A stretch of 64,000 nucleotides of DNA from sequence record PX880103.1. One strand, 5' to 3'. The notes below the pieces were generated by a model. It saw nothing but the letters and a program-made list of their open reading frames with translations, was not told the DNA's origin and did not search any database. The DNA is from a phage. This document shows, one piece after another, positions 38,781-48,887 of the stretch (the first letter of the stretch is position 1; each line of letters begins with the position of its first letter). The position numbers and the translations under genes are program-made.

Positions 38781-39098
38781 CTAAGCCTTGCGGCAACCTT
38801 GTCGGGGTTCCACCTGCTAAGGCAAGTGTTTGTACGAAACGCCGGGATTCGAACCCGGTTATTAAGCAGTTGACGCTACTCAATATTTTTAAAAGGCCAT
38901 ATCTCGACCATATCCGAACGTTCCGTCAAAAACGCTACTCGGCTTACGGCAAAGATATTTCCTCGAATCGATAATTCTGTGCGCCGTTTCTGCTGTGATG
39001 TAAGGGGACATTAACAGATCGTAAAGATTTGATAATGTCAGTCCTTACTCAGGGAACATCAGTCCGACGACTTACCGGTAGCGACCCGGTTTCTTGTT

Positions 39099-39174
39099 TG
39101 GTCGAGGCAGTAGGGATCGAACCTACGACCTAGGACTTAGAAGGTCCTTGCTCTTCCTTCTGAGCTATGCCTCG
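39099..39174 (-). tRNA. tRNA-Arg: tRNA-Arg (anticodon TCT)
   Basis: Hand-folded cloverleaf: acceptor CGAGGCA/TGCCTCG, anticodon loop CTTCTAA, T-arm GTAGG-TTCGATC-CCTAC, encoded CCA. Confidence 0.8.
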
Positions 39175-39178
39175 GATT

Positions 39179-39252
39179 TGGCGGACGTGATAGGATTCGA
39201 ACCTATAACCAATCGCTTAACAGGCGATCGCTCTGCCATTGAGCTACACATC
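39179..39252 (-). tRNA. tRNA-Asn: tRNA-Asn (anticodon GTT)
   Basis: Hand-folded: acceptor GGATGTG/CACGTCC, anticodon stem ATCGC/GCGAT with loop CTGTTAA, T-loop TTCGAAT, encoded CCA. Confidence 0.7.
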
Positions 39253-39257
39253 CAAAT

Positions 39258-39344
39258 TGGTGGGGAGTGATGGAGTCGAACCACCCGAGTCGCAATGACA
39301 ATGGATTTACAGTCCACACCGCTACCTCTACGGGATAACTCCCC
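39258..39344 (-). tRNA. tRNA-Tyr: tRNA-Tyr (anticodon GTA), long variable arm
   Basis: Hand-folded: acceptor GGGGAGT/ACTCCCC, anticodon loop CTGTAAA, long variable arm, T-loop TTCGACT, encoded CCA. Confidence 0.65.
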
Positions 39345-39353
39345 AAATTAATT

Positions 39354-39428
39354 TGGTGGCCCTGGGTGGAATTGAACCACCATCTGGCGATTATGAGTCG
39401 CTTGCTTGAACCTTCCAGCTACAGGGCC
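39354..39428 (-). tRNA. tRNA-Met/Ile: tRNA with CAT anticodon (Met or lysidine-modified Ile)
   Basis: Hand-folded: acceptor GGCCCTG/CAGGGCC, anticodon loop CTCATAA, T-arm GGTGG-TTCAATT-CCACC, encoded CCA. Confidence 0.7.
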
Positions 39429-39436
39429 AAATTTTC

Positions 39437-39919
39437 TTATTTTATGTAATATTTATTTAAAAACTTTCTAGCTTGAGTATGGCTAACATTTATAGCGTTT
39501 GCATAATTTTTAATAAAACCTCGTTCATCCATATTAAAATTTTCTAATATTTTTAATCGTCTAGTTATCTCATCTTGACTTAAGGTACTTGCATTATTTT
39601 TAGAAATTTTTTCTAAGGACTGTGCCGAGTGTTTTCGACCATTAAAATTAAAATTTTTAGATTTTGGAGGAAATCTAGCATTTAATCTCGCATCTTTTGT
39701 ATTTTGATTATTAGTTGCGCAATATATGTTATTTAATGAATATGGTCCTTTATCGCCGAAACGGCACATGCAGTATTCATGACCCTTTCTTCCACGCTTA
39801 TCATAATTTCCCGTTGATTTCCACCAATGCAACCATTCATCAAAAGTTAAATTCCATTCAATGTTTCTACGTATAGCAGAATTCCGCTGAGAAATATATT
39901 TTGCATAATCTTCTTTCAT
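39437..39919 (-). CDS. endonuclease-like protein inside the tRNA cluster (degenerate HNH_3-like, with C-terminal DNA-binding-like region)
   Basis: 160 aa from ATG; segment GHEYCMCRFGDKGPYSLNNIYCATNNQN loosely resembles HNH_3 core (H..DGN..NN...NL..T..N); basic C-terminus. Confidence 0.4.
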   Translation of the reverse strand: MKEDYAKYISQRNSAIRRNIEWNLTFDEWLHWWKSTGNYDKRGRKGHEYCMCRFGDKGPYSLNNIYCATNNQNTKDARLNARFPPKSKNFNFNGRKHSAQSLEKISKNNASTLSQDEITRRLKILENFNMDERGFIKNYANAINVSHTQARKFLNKYYIK

Positions 39920-39966
39920 CACAAATTTCTCTACTTATTCAATACACTGAGCTAAATCAGCAAAAC

Positions 39967-40056
39967 TGGCGGAGGCGATAGGATTTGAACCTATGAGTCG
40001 CCGGAGCGACTGCCGGTTTTCAAGACCGGTGCATTAAACCACTCTGCCACGCCTCC
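39967..40056 (-). tRNA. tRNA-Ser: tRNA-Ser (anticodon TGA), long variable arm
   Basis: Hand-folded: acceptor GGAGGCG/CGCCTCC, anticodon loop CTTGAAA, long variable arm, T-loop TTCAAAT, encoded CCA. Confidence 0.8.
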
Positions 40057-40058
40057 AG

Positions 40059-40132
40059 TCTCCGTGGCAGGATTTGAACCTACGACATTCTGCTCCCAAA
40101 GCAGACGCTCTACCAAACTGAGCTACACGGAG
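40059..40132 (-). tRNA. tRNA-Pro: tRNA-Pro (anticodon TGG)
   Basis: Hand-folded: acceptor CTCCGTG/CACGGAG, anticodon loop TTTGGGA, T-loop TTCAAAT; CCA not encoded; 2 nt from tRNA-Ser. Confidence 0.8.
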
Positions 40133-40142
40133 TAAATTAAAT

Positions 40143-40216
<74 letters not shown>

Positions 40217-40221
40217 AAATT

Positions 40222-40309
40222 TGGTGCGAGAAGTGGGACTCGAACCCACAAGGAAATCATTCCGCAGCATTTTAAGTGCTGTGCCTTTACCAATTTGACC
40301 ATTCTCGCG
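40222..40309 (-). tRNA. tRNA-Leu: tRNA-Leu (anticodon TAA), long variable arm
   Basis: Hand-folded: acceptor GCGAGAA/TTCTCGC, anticodon stem CAGCA/TGCTG loop CTTAAAA, long variable arm, T-arm GTGGG-TTCGAGT-CCCAC, encoded CCA. Confidence 0.8.
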
Positions 40310-40314
40310 CTATA

Positions 40315-40923
40315 TTATTTATTACGTGAAAAAGACTGTTCTATCAATTCTGGACACTTTCGTTCTATCCATTTTCTAGCTTTTTGTGGGCTTATACCTA
40401 TTATTTTAGCAGCTTTACTAACCCATCCAAATTTAGAATAATCGATTTTAACTAATTCTTCGTAAATTTCATCAGTTAAAATCTTTTCATTAATATTTAC
40501 CAGTAAATGATATAATTTATTATCATTAGCAATTTTAATGAATCTTTTATAGTTTCCGCCTTTACTTAAACCTAATGAAGTAATTGCAGATGATATAGTA
40601 GCCGAATTTAATAGCGCGTTTAAAATTTCTTCATCACTAACATTATAACGCTTTTTATTATTTTTAATATTTTTACCAGCAAAAGTATCAGTTTGCGAAT
40701 GGCAGTTTGGACATAATAATCTTAAATTAGATTTAAGATGATTTTTGTTATTTCCATCAATATGGTCTAATTGCAGAACAATATGCTTATTTTGCCATTT
40801 TGAAATTTTACAAATTGCACACTCATATGGAAAAATATTTTCTTTTATTATTTTGTCTTTCAGCTTTCCTGTACTAAAATTTGGATGTTTTCCTTCAAAA
40901 ATTTCAGCTAATTTAGTATCCAT
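40315..40923 (-). CDS. free-standing HNH homing endonuclease
   Basis: HNH motif CAICKISKWQNKHIVLQLDHIDGNNKNHLKSNLRLLCPNCHSQTD; ends 6 nt from tRNA-Leu; ATG start at 40923 (track start is TTG). Confidence 0.75.
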   Translation of the reverse strand: MDTKLAEIFEGKHPNFSTGKLKDKIIKENIFPYECAICKISKWQNKHIVLQLDHIDGNNKNHLKSNLRLLCPNCHSQTDTFAGKNIKNNKKRYNVSDEEILNALLNSATISSAITSLGLSKGGNYKRFIKIANDNKLYHLLVNINEKILTDEIYEELVKIDYSKFGWVSKAAKIIGISPQKARKWIERKCPELIEQSFSRNK

Positions 40924-41033
40924 AATATAATTCCCAATTATTAACAAAGGCTCTCAAACAAGAACCCTTGATGATAGAGGGTATTAATCAGTGCGGTATG
41001 AGTTAATAATAACAAATAATTCTTAAAGCATAT

Positions 41034-41321
41034 TTACCATTTATGATGATACGTATTTACGATACATTCAAAACCCAAAGGATTCTTGAAAATATCATAT
41101 TCAAGAGGACCTTTTTCTGTTTCAATAAAGAAATCAAAATTTACTGTATTAAATTTACGGTCTTCCTTCACTAATTTAACCTGAGAAGATGAACGGTCAA
41201 TGTAAACCTTTTCAACTTCAAAACATGTTAAAATGCCATAATCATCAATCAAGGCTTTAGCTGCTTCTTGATCATATTTATATCCATTTTCAATGGATGA
41301 TACTTTAGCATAAAGAATCAT
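41034..41321 (-). CDS. hypothetical protein (ipI-locus)
   Basis: 95 aa ORF. Confidence 0.4.
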   Translation of the reverse strand: MILYAKVSSIENGYKYDQEAAKALIDDYGILTCFEVEKVYIDRSSSQVKLVKEDRKFNTVNFDFFIETEKGPLEYDIFKNPLGFECIVNTYHHKW

Positions 41322-41323
41322 TA

Positions 41324-41734
41324 TCAGCCTCTATCAACAATAGCATGAGTATGGGCATTTACGATTTGCCACCAGTCGAAACGATTGGAACCATAATCTG
41401 GTTTATTTTCATTTTCTTTAATGATATCACGCAGTTTATCTTCTGTTTCAGCATACGCAATTAAATCATCATATCCACCACAAGGATAATAATTATCACC
41501 TGCGAATAAAAGAAAATTTACCTTAGATGGATTTACGTAATAATGGTCTTTAGGATATTTAGTTCCTCTCCAATCAGTTACTTCAACATAACGATAAGAA
41601 AATCCATTTTTACTTTCAATCCAACTCCACGCTTCAAAAGGAGTATTAAAAACTTTATCAGGTATTAAATTACCTTCAAAATGAGAAGGATTTGCATAAT
41701 CCCCGGCATAAACATAATATTCGTTAATACTCAT
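41324..41734 (-). CDS. hypothetical protein (ipI-locus)
   Basis: 136 aa ORF, aromatic-rich. Confidence 0.4.
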   Translation of the reverse strand: MSINEYYVYAGDYANPSHFEGNLIPDKVFNTPFEAWSWIESKNGFSYRYVEVTDWRGTKYPKDHYYVNPSKVNFLLFAGDNYYPCGGYDDLIAYAETEDKLRDIIKENENKPDYGSNRFDWWQIVNAHTHAIVDRG

Positions 41735-41920
41735 TTATTCACCTTTAGAAATTTTATCCATAACGATAGCGATTAAACCAATTAAAAATGCTACTACAAG
41801 TGAAAACACATTTTCTGCTGTAGTTAATAATCCGCATATAAATCCAACAAACATTGAAAAACTAAAAGCGGAAGCAGAAATTGCAATAGCAACATTTCGA
41901 ATTAATTCACAGCGTTTCAT
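41735..41920 (-). CDS. small membrane protein (ipI-locus)
   Basis: 61 aa, two hydrophobic segments; early-promoter motif upstream. Confidence 0.4.
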   Translation of the reverse strand: MKRCELIRNVAIAISASAFSFSMFVGFICGLLTTAENVFSLVVAFLIGLIAIVMDKISKGE

Positions 41921-41942
41921 TTTATTCTCCTCAGTAGTTGAT

Positions 41943-41977
41943 AGGGTAATAGTATCACAACTAAAACCCTATGTAAA
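41943..41977 (-). promoter_or_regulatory. T4-type early promoter candidate
   Basis: Minus strand TTTCACAAAGTTGTTTAC ... GTGATACTATTACCC. Confidence 0.45.
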
Positions 41978-41990
41978 CAACTTTGTGAAA

Positions 41991-42248
41991 TTATTTTAAA
42001 TCTTCTAATCGTTTCTTCATCTTAGAACCGTTCTTAGCGATTTCGCCTGCATCAGAGCATAATGCTAAAAGTGCTTTAACTTTAGTTTGGTCTCCTTTAA
42101 AAGATGAAGGATCAACAGCAGCAGCAAGTTCTTTAATACGAGAGAAAAGACGCTCAGCTTCAGCTAAAGCCATTCCAAGCTTTACTTCCATACCGTGGGA
42201 AGATTCAGTGATAGTAGTTTTTGTAGCAAACTCTTTGAAAGTTTTCAT
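41991..42248 (-). CDS. CTS-bearing small protein at ipI position (internal protein candidate)
   Basis: 85 aa, N-terminus MKTFKEFATKTTITE resembles CTS with ITE cleavage site; adjacent to 57B as ipI is in T4; early promoter upstream. Confidence 0.45.
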   Translation of the reverse strand: MKTFKEFATKTTITESSHGMEVKLGMALAEAERLFSRIKELAAAVDPSSFKGDQTKVKALLALCSDAGEIAKNGSKMKKRLEDLK

Positions 42249-42274
42249 TTTTATTTTCCTAATTAATTCTGATG

Positions 42275-42309
42275 AGATAATAGTATCACTACCTCATCAG
42301 TATGTAAAC
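42275..42309 (-). promoter_or_regulatory. T4-type early promoter candidate upstream of ipI-locus gene
   Basis: Minus strand TTTCACAAAGTTGTTTAC ... GTGATACTATTATC. Confidence 0.45.
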
Positions 42310-42321
42310 AACTTTGTGAAA

Positions 42322-43018
<697 letters not shown>

Positions 43019-43019
<1 letters not shown>

Positions 43020-43744
43020 TATAGTACCTTTAGTGTATTTTTAATTTTAGAAAAAAGTTCTTCAAGAGAACCATCGTTTGTAATTACTAAATCGCCATCA
43101 CGAATTGGCAATCCAGCTTCTGTAATATGTGTATCATTGGATTTTTGACCAGGACGAACTACATGAATTACCGTAGCACCCATCGCCCTAGCCGCATCCA
43201 TTTCATGATCTTGACGGGTATCAGGAACGATATAATAATCATAACCTGAGTTAAATTTATCAAGATAATCTAAAGCAAATAATTTTACCCAGTACATGCG
43301 GTCGAAGTTATTAACAATCAAATCCGTACCTAGGGCTTGCATCAGACGACGGACTGACCATTGATCTTCAATATTATTTATAACGTCAGTAATCTTATTA
43401 AATGCTACGAAATTAACTGATTCTTTTCCTTCGTCATCAAAAACAAACACACCTTTAATTGGGCTTTTACCATTAAGATAGCAAAATGCTTGTTCCATAA
43501 TCGTGATTACTTCTAATTTAGTCAGATTTAAATTAGTCTCACGATCATAGTCAATTCCTTCAAACTCTTTACGAGTTAAGCAAGGATAATCGGTGTTTGC
43601 TGCAAATACTCCCCATGCATAAGCCAATGCATCCTTAATAGGACCAGCAAGTTGGTATTTAATTGCAGAATAATTGCTCATGATAAAATCAGCAGTAGTA
43701 TCTTTTCCACTACGCTTTACACCGCTTAAAAAGATTAGTTTCAT
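43019..43744 (-). CDS. 1: deoxynucleoside monophosphate kinase gp1
   Basis: 241 aa from ATG (MKLIFLSGVKRSGKDTTADF...), P-loop GVKRSGKDT. Confidence 0.85.
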
Positions 43745-43793
43745 GTGTTTCTCCTCAAATTTAATTAAGATTATAACACACAAAACTGAAGCA

Positions 43794-44324
43794 TTAAACT
43801 TCTGCTATAATTTTTCCATCTTTTTCTACTTGAAAATAGGTGTAAGGAATCGTTGCTGTACATACTAAAGCCGGGTCTGAATCTTCCGTGTAGCTAAATT
43901 CTACTTCAGACAGGTCAGAAACCCAAGGCTTATAAAAATTTATTGACATCACGATTTCAGTTTTGCTATTATCTAAGATGTAAAGCGTAATGTACTCAGG
44001 ACCTGTTTTTTGGGCAGTATTTTCACCTGTAAGATAGTTGCTAGTTCCTAGCATCCATTCATACATTCCTATCCACGACTTAAGTTCTTCATCAACTATA
44101 AATCTCACGATGAGTGGATCGTACTCAAATGTAGCACCTGGACGTTGTGCTCGGCCCAGTCCAAACGGCCCAGTCACGGTATCAGTAACAGGTATTCTAA
44201 TTCCTGGAATAGGAACTGACTGAGCATTTAAAGTAAAAGCAGATGTAGTATTACTATGTGGTATTGATACTACAAAGTTAGTTGTATTTGCTTGGTTAAA
44301 AATTTGTTGCAGAGCTTGCGACAT
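43794..44324 (-). CDS. 3: tail completion/sheath stabilizer gp3
   Basis: 176 aa from internal ATG (MSQALQQIF...), length and position match T4 gp3. Confidence 0.7.
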   Translation of the reverse strand: MSQALQQIFNQANTTNFVVSIPHSNTTSAFTLNAQSVPIPGIRIPVTDTVTGPFGLGRAQRPGATFEYDPLIVRFIVDEELKSWIGMYEWMLGTSNYLTGENTAQKTGPEYITLYILDNSKTEIVMSINFYKPWVSDLSEVEFSYTEDSDPALVCTATIPYTYFQVEKDGKIIAEV

Positions 44325-44430
44325 ATATTCCTCATAATGCTTTATAACTGTTGGTGGTATAATGGGTCTAAGTCCCTTCCATTCAATTCCATTTAGAACA
44401 AACAACAGAAAAGAATGGAAGATAATAGAA

Positions 44431-45255
44431 TTAGATATTTGACCAGACTTTGTTTGCAGAGAAACGTTTTCCTTTTGAAACGAACTGCTGAAGTGGCATT
44501 AACACAACGTTCGCCCAGTCTTTCGGGGCGATTTCAACAAGGCTACCCATAATATTACCAGGTATATATGCCTTAATCATTTGGTCTGCACCCCTAAATC
44601 CTTTCACTTGACTCCAATCAATTTTTAATTTCGTTTTATTAGTAATAGTAGGTGTATTTGAATATTGCTTTAAAAGCTCTTCTAGAAACTGCTGACGAGC
44701 TTTAGGTGGAATATAGTGCAAGTTTAATCCGTACATTAAATTATGCTTACCTAAACCAAGGTAAATTATCAAAGGAAATTTATCCCAGTAAGGAAGAGTT
44801 TCCTTGTGTTTAGCATCATAAGCAAAAGCATATATTCGTCCCGGCTGCGGGCGAACAACTTTATGTCCTTTTACTTGCTTAATAGTTTCAGCAAACCACT
44901 TTCTGGTTTTATTATTAATTGCTGCACCTTCATTACGAATTTTATCACGCAATGTTTGTCTGAATGAATTTATCATAAGCAGTTGTCTTTCTTGCTTATT
45001 GAGTTTATTCATTGGTTTTGATTCAAGCTTTTGAATCTTTTCAGCCGTTTTAATTCCTGAAGCATATTTTGACATTGCTGAAGTAAACGTAGAGTATTTG
45101 ATTCCTCTTTCTTCAGCAAATTGCTTTCCTGTCATTCCTTTTGCTTTGGCCTTTTTATATTCAAGACCTATCTGAATCCATTTCTTTTCGTTTAATGATT
45201 GCTTAACCTTTGGAACTTGGGGAGTGCTTTCATTAATTATTTGAAAAATAGCCAT
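44431..45255 (-). CDS. 2: DNA end protector gp2
   Basis: 274 aa, same length and position as T4 gp2. Confidence 0.75.
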   Translation of the reverse strand: MAIFQIINESTPQVPKVKQSLNEKKWIQIGLEYKKAKAKGMTGKQFAEERGIKYSTFTSAMSKYASGIKTAEKIQKLESKPMNKLNKQERQLLMINSFRQTLRDKIRNEGAAINNKTRKWFAETIKQVKGHKVVRPQPGRIYAFAYDAKHKETLPYWDKFPLIIYLGLGKHNLMYGLNLHYIPPKARQQFLEELLKQYSNTPTITNKTKLKIDWSQVKGFRGADQMIKAYIPGNIMGSLVEIAPKDWANVVLMPLQQFVSKGKRFSANKVWSNI

Positions 45256-45707
45256 TATGCCCCCTTAAAGCCAAGAGCTCGTAATCCATCTTCTGTTAGA
45301 ATTCTAAATTTTATTCCACGCTTTTCAGCTAAAGATTGTGCTGCTTTCCATTTATCAGTGTTCACAGACCAGGTATAAATTTCATTCATAAATCTTTTCT
45401 TCGCTGCGGTTGTTAGATGTGCTGGTTTAACTGGTGGTTGTGTTTCTTTTTTAGGTTTTATTTCAATAAAAAATTCTTGTCCAGAAGAATCTTTCATCCA
45501 AATATCCATGAAGTATCTACGTTTTTTCCCTTCTGCATTACAAAAATAAGGAATTACTGCTGTTTCACTACCCCATGCAATAATTTCTGGATTTTTATCT
45601 AACCATTCAAAAAAGAATTTTTCCCAATTTGATCTATACGTAATTTTTTTAGGGTCACCTCTATATTTTGATATATTTTTAGGAACCCATTTTCCAGAAT
45701 ATGCCAT
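45255..45707 (-). CDS. 4: head completion protein gp4
   Basis: 150 aa, same length and position as T4 gp4; ATGA-type overlap with gene 2. Confidence 0.75.
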   Translation of the reverse strand: MAYSGKWVPKNISKYRGDPKKITYRSNWEKFFFEWLDKNPEIIAWGSETAVIPYFCNAEGKKRRYFMDIWMKDSSGQEFFIEIKPKKETQPPVKPAHLTTAAKKRFMNEIYTWSVNTDKWKAAQSLAEKRGIKFRILTEDGLRALGFKGA

Positions 45708-45718
45708 TGGATTCTCCT

Positions 45719-45726
45719 TATAAATA
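45719..45726 (+). promoter_or_regulatory. late promoter -10 box for gene 53 operon
   Basis: TATAAATA about 29 nt upstream of gene 53 ATG. Confidence 0.6.
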
Positions 45727-45733
45727 GATAATA

Positions 45734-45741
45734 TATTTATA
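45734..45741 (-). promoter_or_regulatory. late promoter -10 box for gene 4 (divergent)
   Basis: TATTTATA on plus strand (TATAAATA on minus) about 27 nt upstream of gene 4 start. Confidence 0.55.
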
Positions 45742-45754
45742 AACAGGAGGGCCC

Positions 45755-46345
45755 ATGCTCTTTACATTTTTTGATCCGATTGAATATGCGGCCAAAACGG
45801 TGAATAAAAACGCGCCGACTATTCCTATGACAGATATTTTTAGAAACTATAAAGACTATTTTAAACGCGCTCTTGCGGGATACCGCTTACGTACTTATTA
45901 TATCAAAGGTTCACCACGTCCGGAAGAATTAGCAAATACTATATATGGAAATCCACAGCTGTATTGGGTTTTATTGATGTGTAATGATAATTATGATCCA
46001 TATTATGGATGGATTACTTCGCAAGAAGCTGCTTATCAAGCATCTATACAAAAATATAAAAATATAGGTGGAGACCAAATAGTATATCATGTGAATGAGA
46101 ACGGTGAAAAATTTTATAACTTAATATCATACGATGATAATCCACATATTTGGTACGATAAAGGTGATAAAGCTAGAAAATATCCTCAATATGAAGGAGC
46201 ACTTGCTGCGGTCGATACGTATGAAGCGGCTGTTCTTGAAAATGAAAAACTTCGTCAAATAAAAATAATAGCAAAATCAGACATCAATTCATTTATGAAC
46301 GACCTTATACGTATAATGGAGAAATCTTATGGAAATGATAAGTAA
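45755..46345 (+). CDS. 53: baseplate wedge protein gp53
   Basis: 196 aa, late promoter TATAAATA upstream. Confidence 0.85.
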   Translation: MLFTFFDPIEYAAKTVNKNAPTIPMTDIFRNYKDYFKRALAGYRLRTYYIKGSPRPEELANTIYGNPQLYWVLLMCNDNYDPYYGWITSQEAAYQASIQKYKNIGGDQIVYHVNENGEKFYNLISYDDNPHIWYDKGDKARKYPQYEGALAAVDTYEAAVLENEKLRQIKIIAKSDINSFMNDLIRIMEKSYGNDK

Positions 46346-48056
46346 TAACCTCAATTGGTTTGTTGGTGTTGTTGAAGATAGAATGGACCCATTAAAATTA
46401 GGTCGTGTTCGTGTTCGTGTGGTTGGTCTGCATCCACCTCAAAGAGCACAAGGTGATGTAATGGGTATTCCAACTGAAAAATTACCATGGATGTCAGTTA
46501 TTCAACCTATAACTTCTGCAGCAATGTCTGGAATTGGAGGCTCCGTTACTGGTCCGGTAGAAGGAACTAGAGTTTATGGTCATTTTTTGGACAAATGGAA
46601 AACTAATGGAATTGTCCTTGGCACGTATGGTGGAATAGTTCGCGAAAAACCGAATAGACTTGAAGGATTTTCTGACCCAACTGGACAGTATCCTAGACGT
46701 CTAGGAAATGATACTAACGTATTAAACCAAGGCGGAGAAGTAGGATATGATTCCTCTTCTAATATTATCCAAGATAGTAATCTAGACACTGCAATAAATC
46801 CCGATGATAGACCACTATCAGAAATTCCAACTGATGATAATCCAAATATGTCAATGGCTGAAATGCTTCGCCGTGATGAAGGATTAAGACTAAAAGTTTA
46901 TTGGGATACCGAAGGATATCCGACAATTGGTATTGGTCATCTTATCATGAAGCAGCCAGTTCGTGATATGGCTCAAATTAATAAAGTTTTATCAAAACAA
47001 GTTGGTCGTGAAATTACAGGAAATCCAGGTTCTATTACAATGGAAGAAGCGACAGCTTTATTTGAGCGTGATTTGGCTGATATGCAACGTGACATTAAAT
47101 CACATTCTAAAGTAGGACCAGTCTGGCAAGCTGTCAACCGTTCTCGTCAAATGGCGTTAGAAAATATGGCATTTCAGATGGGTGTTGGTGGTGTAGCTAA
47201 ATTTAACACAATGTTAACTGCTATGTTAGCCGGAGATTGGGAAAAAGCATATAAAGCCGGTCGTGATTCATTGTGGTATCAACAAACAAAAGGTCGTGCA
47301 TCCCGTGTTACCATGATTATTCTTACAGGGAATTTGGAATCATATGGTGTTGAAGTGAAAACCCCAGCTAGGTCTCTATCAGCAATGGCTGCTACTATAG
47401 CTAAATCTTCTGACCCGGCTGACCCTCCTATTCCGAATGATTCGAGAATTTTATTCAAAGAACCTGTTTCTTCATATAAAGGTGAATATCCGTATGTTCA
47501 CACAATGGAAACTGAAAGCGGTCATATTCAAGAATTTGATGATACCCCTGGGCAAGAACGATACAGATTAGTTCATCCGACAGGAACATATGAGGAAGTA
47601 TCACCGTCAGGAAGAAGAACAAGAAAAACTGTTGATAATTTGTATGATATAACCAACGCTGATGGTAATTTTTTGGTAGCCGGTGATAAAAAGACTAACG
47701 TCGGTGGATCAGAAATTTATTACAACATGGATAGTCGTCTTCACCAGATAGATGGAAGCAATACAATATTTGTACGTGGCGATGAAACTAAAACGGTTGA
47801 AGGTAATGGAACTATCCTAGTTAAAGGTAATGTTACTATTGTAGTTGAAGGTAATGCTGACATCACAGTTAAAGGAGATGCTACCACTTTAGTTGAAGGA
47901 AATCAAACTAATACAGTAAATGGAAATCTTTCTTGGAAAGTTGCTGGGACAGTTGATTGGGACGTTGGTGGTGATTGGACAGAAAAAATGGCATCTATGA
48001 GTTCTATTTCATCTGGTCAATACACAATTGATGGATCGAGGATTGACATTGGCTAA
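46329..48056 (+). CDS. 5: baseplate hub and tail lysozyme gp5
   Basis: 575 aa; MEMISNNLNWFVGVVEDRMDPL...; internal lysozyme domain (EMLRRDEGLRLKVYWDTEGYPTIGIGHL); C-terminal VEGN beta-helix repeats. Confidence 0.9.
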   Translation: MEMISNNLNWFVGVVEDRMDPLKLGRVRVRVVGLHPPQRAQGDVMGIPTEKLPWMSVIQPITSAAMSGIGGSVTGPVEGTRVYGHFLDKWKTNGIVLGTYGGIVREKPNRLEGFSDPTGQYPRRLGNDTNVLNQGGEVGYDSSSNIIQDSNLDTAINPDDRPLSEIPTDDNPNMSMAEMLRRDEGLRLKVYWDTEGYPTIGIGHLIMKQPVRDMAQINKVLSKQVGREITGNPGSITMEEATALFERDLADMQRDIKSHSKVGPVWQAVNRSRQMALENMAFQMGVGGVAKFNTMLTAMLAGDWEKAYKAGRDSLWYQQTKGRASRVTMIILTGNLESYGVEVKTPARSLSAMAATIAKSSDPADPPIPNDSRILFKEPVSSYKGEYPYVHTMETESGHIQEFDDTPGQERYRLVHPTGTYEEVSPSGRRTRKTVDNLYDITNADGNFLVAGDKKTNVGGSEIYYNMDSRLHQIDGSNTIFVRGDETKTVEGNGTILVKGNVTIVVEGNADITVKGDATTLVEGNQTNTVNGNLSWKVAGTVDWDVGGDWTEKMASMSSISSGQYTIDGSRIDIG

Positions 48057-48066
48057 TATACTTCCA

Positions 48067-48585
48067 ATGAGCGCTGATTTAGGAGAATCCATGGAAGGTT
48101 CTTCTATCGACGTCACCTTTACCGCTCAATTAGAAATAGGTGAAACGTTAGTATCTATAAATATAACTAGTTACGAAGAAACTCCTGGGGTTTTAGTAGA
48201 AGAAAATCGCTTATATGGAACATATGAATCTGTGTTTGGTTTCGGAAATGATGCATTGAAATATCGTTTAGGCGATGAATTTAAAACTGCTGCTTCATGG
48301 GAAGAACTTCCTACTGATTCTAACACTCAGTTGTATTTGTGGAAAGCTCCTCAAAATCTCCAGAAGACATTCACTTACGAAGTAACATTAATATATGACT
48401 ACCAAGAACAAAGTGAATCTGGAGGTTCTGGTAGTAATTCTAGGTCATCTTCTGATACTACTGAACCGACGGATCCTCCTGCTCCAGTAAGAAAAACTCT
48501 AGTTAAAAATTACACAAAAACTATAGTTGGAAATTGGAGTCGTTGGGCTAATAAATTGAGAAGCTATGTGTATGAGAGGCCATAA
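48067..48585 (+). CDS. 5.1: gp5.1-like protein
   Basis: ORF downstream of gene 5; start uncertain (ATG at 48067 chosen to avoid overlap). Confidence 0.45.
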
Positions 48586-48879
48586 ATGTCAGGATTAAGT
48601 TATGATAAGTGTGTTACTGCTGGCCATGAAGCGTGGCCTCCAACAGTTGTGAATGCCACACAAAGTAAAGTATTCACCGGAGGAATTGCTGTTCTCGTAG
48701 CAGGTGATCCAATTACAGAACACACAGAAATTAAAAAGCCATATGAAACACATGGCGGAGTGACACAACCTAGAACTTCTAAGGTATATGTCACTGGAAA
48801 GAAAGCTGTTCAAATGGCTGATCCAATATCATGCGGTGATACTGTGGCTCAGGCATCATCTAAAGTATTCATTAAATAG
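48586..48879 (+). CDS. 5.4: gp5.4 PAAR-repeat spike tip protein
   Basis: 97 aa, same size and position as T4 gp5.4. Confidence 0.7.
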
Positions 48880-48887
48880 GATTTAAA

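Noticed and set aside
38837-38858. Possible ninth tRNA at the orphan T-arm
   Set aside because: Could not form an acceptor stem or a 5-bp anticodon stem by hand; reported as a finding rather than a tRNA feature.
38698-38883. 61-aa ORF over the terminator and tRNA-like region
   Set aside because: Covers a GC-rich hairpin terminator and a tRNA-like T-arm; far more likely structured RNA than coding.
40310-41034. tRNA-Gln expected next to tRNA-Leu
   Set aside because: No T-arm/acceptor pattern found on either side of the HNH gene; absence is by eye, not software.
45417-45602. Plus-strand 61-aa ORF inside gene 4
   Set aside because: Antisense to gp4; hydrophobic low-complexity translation.
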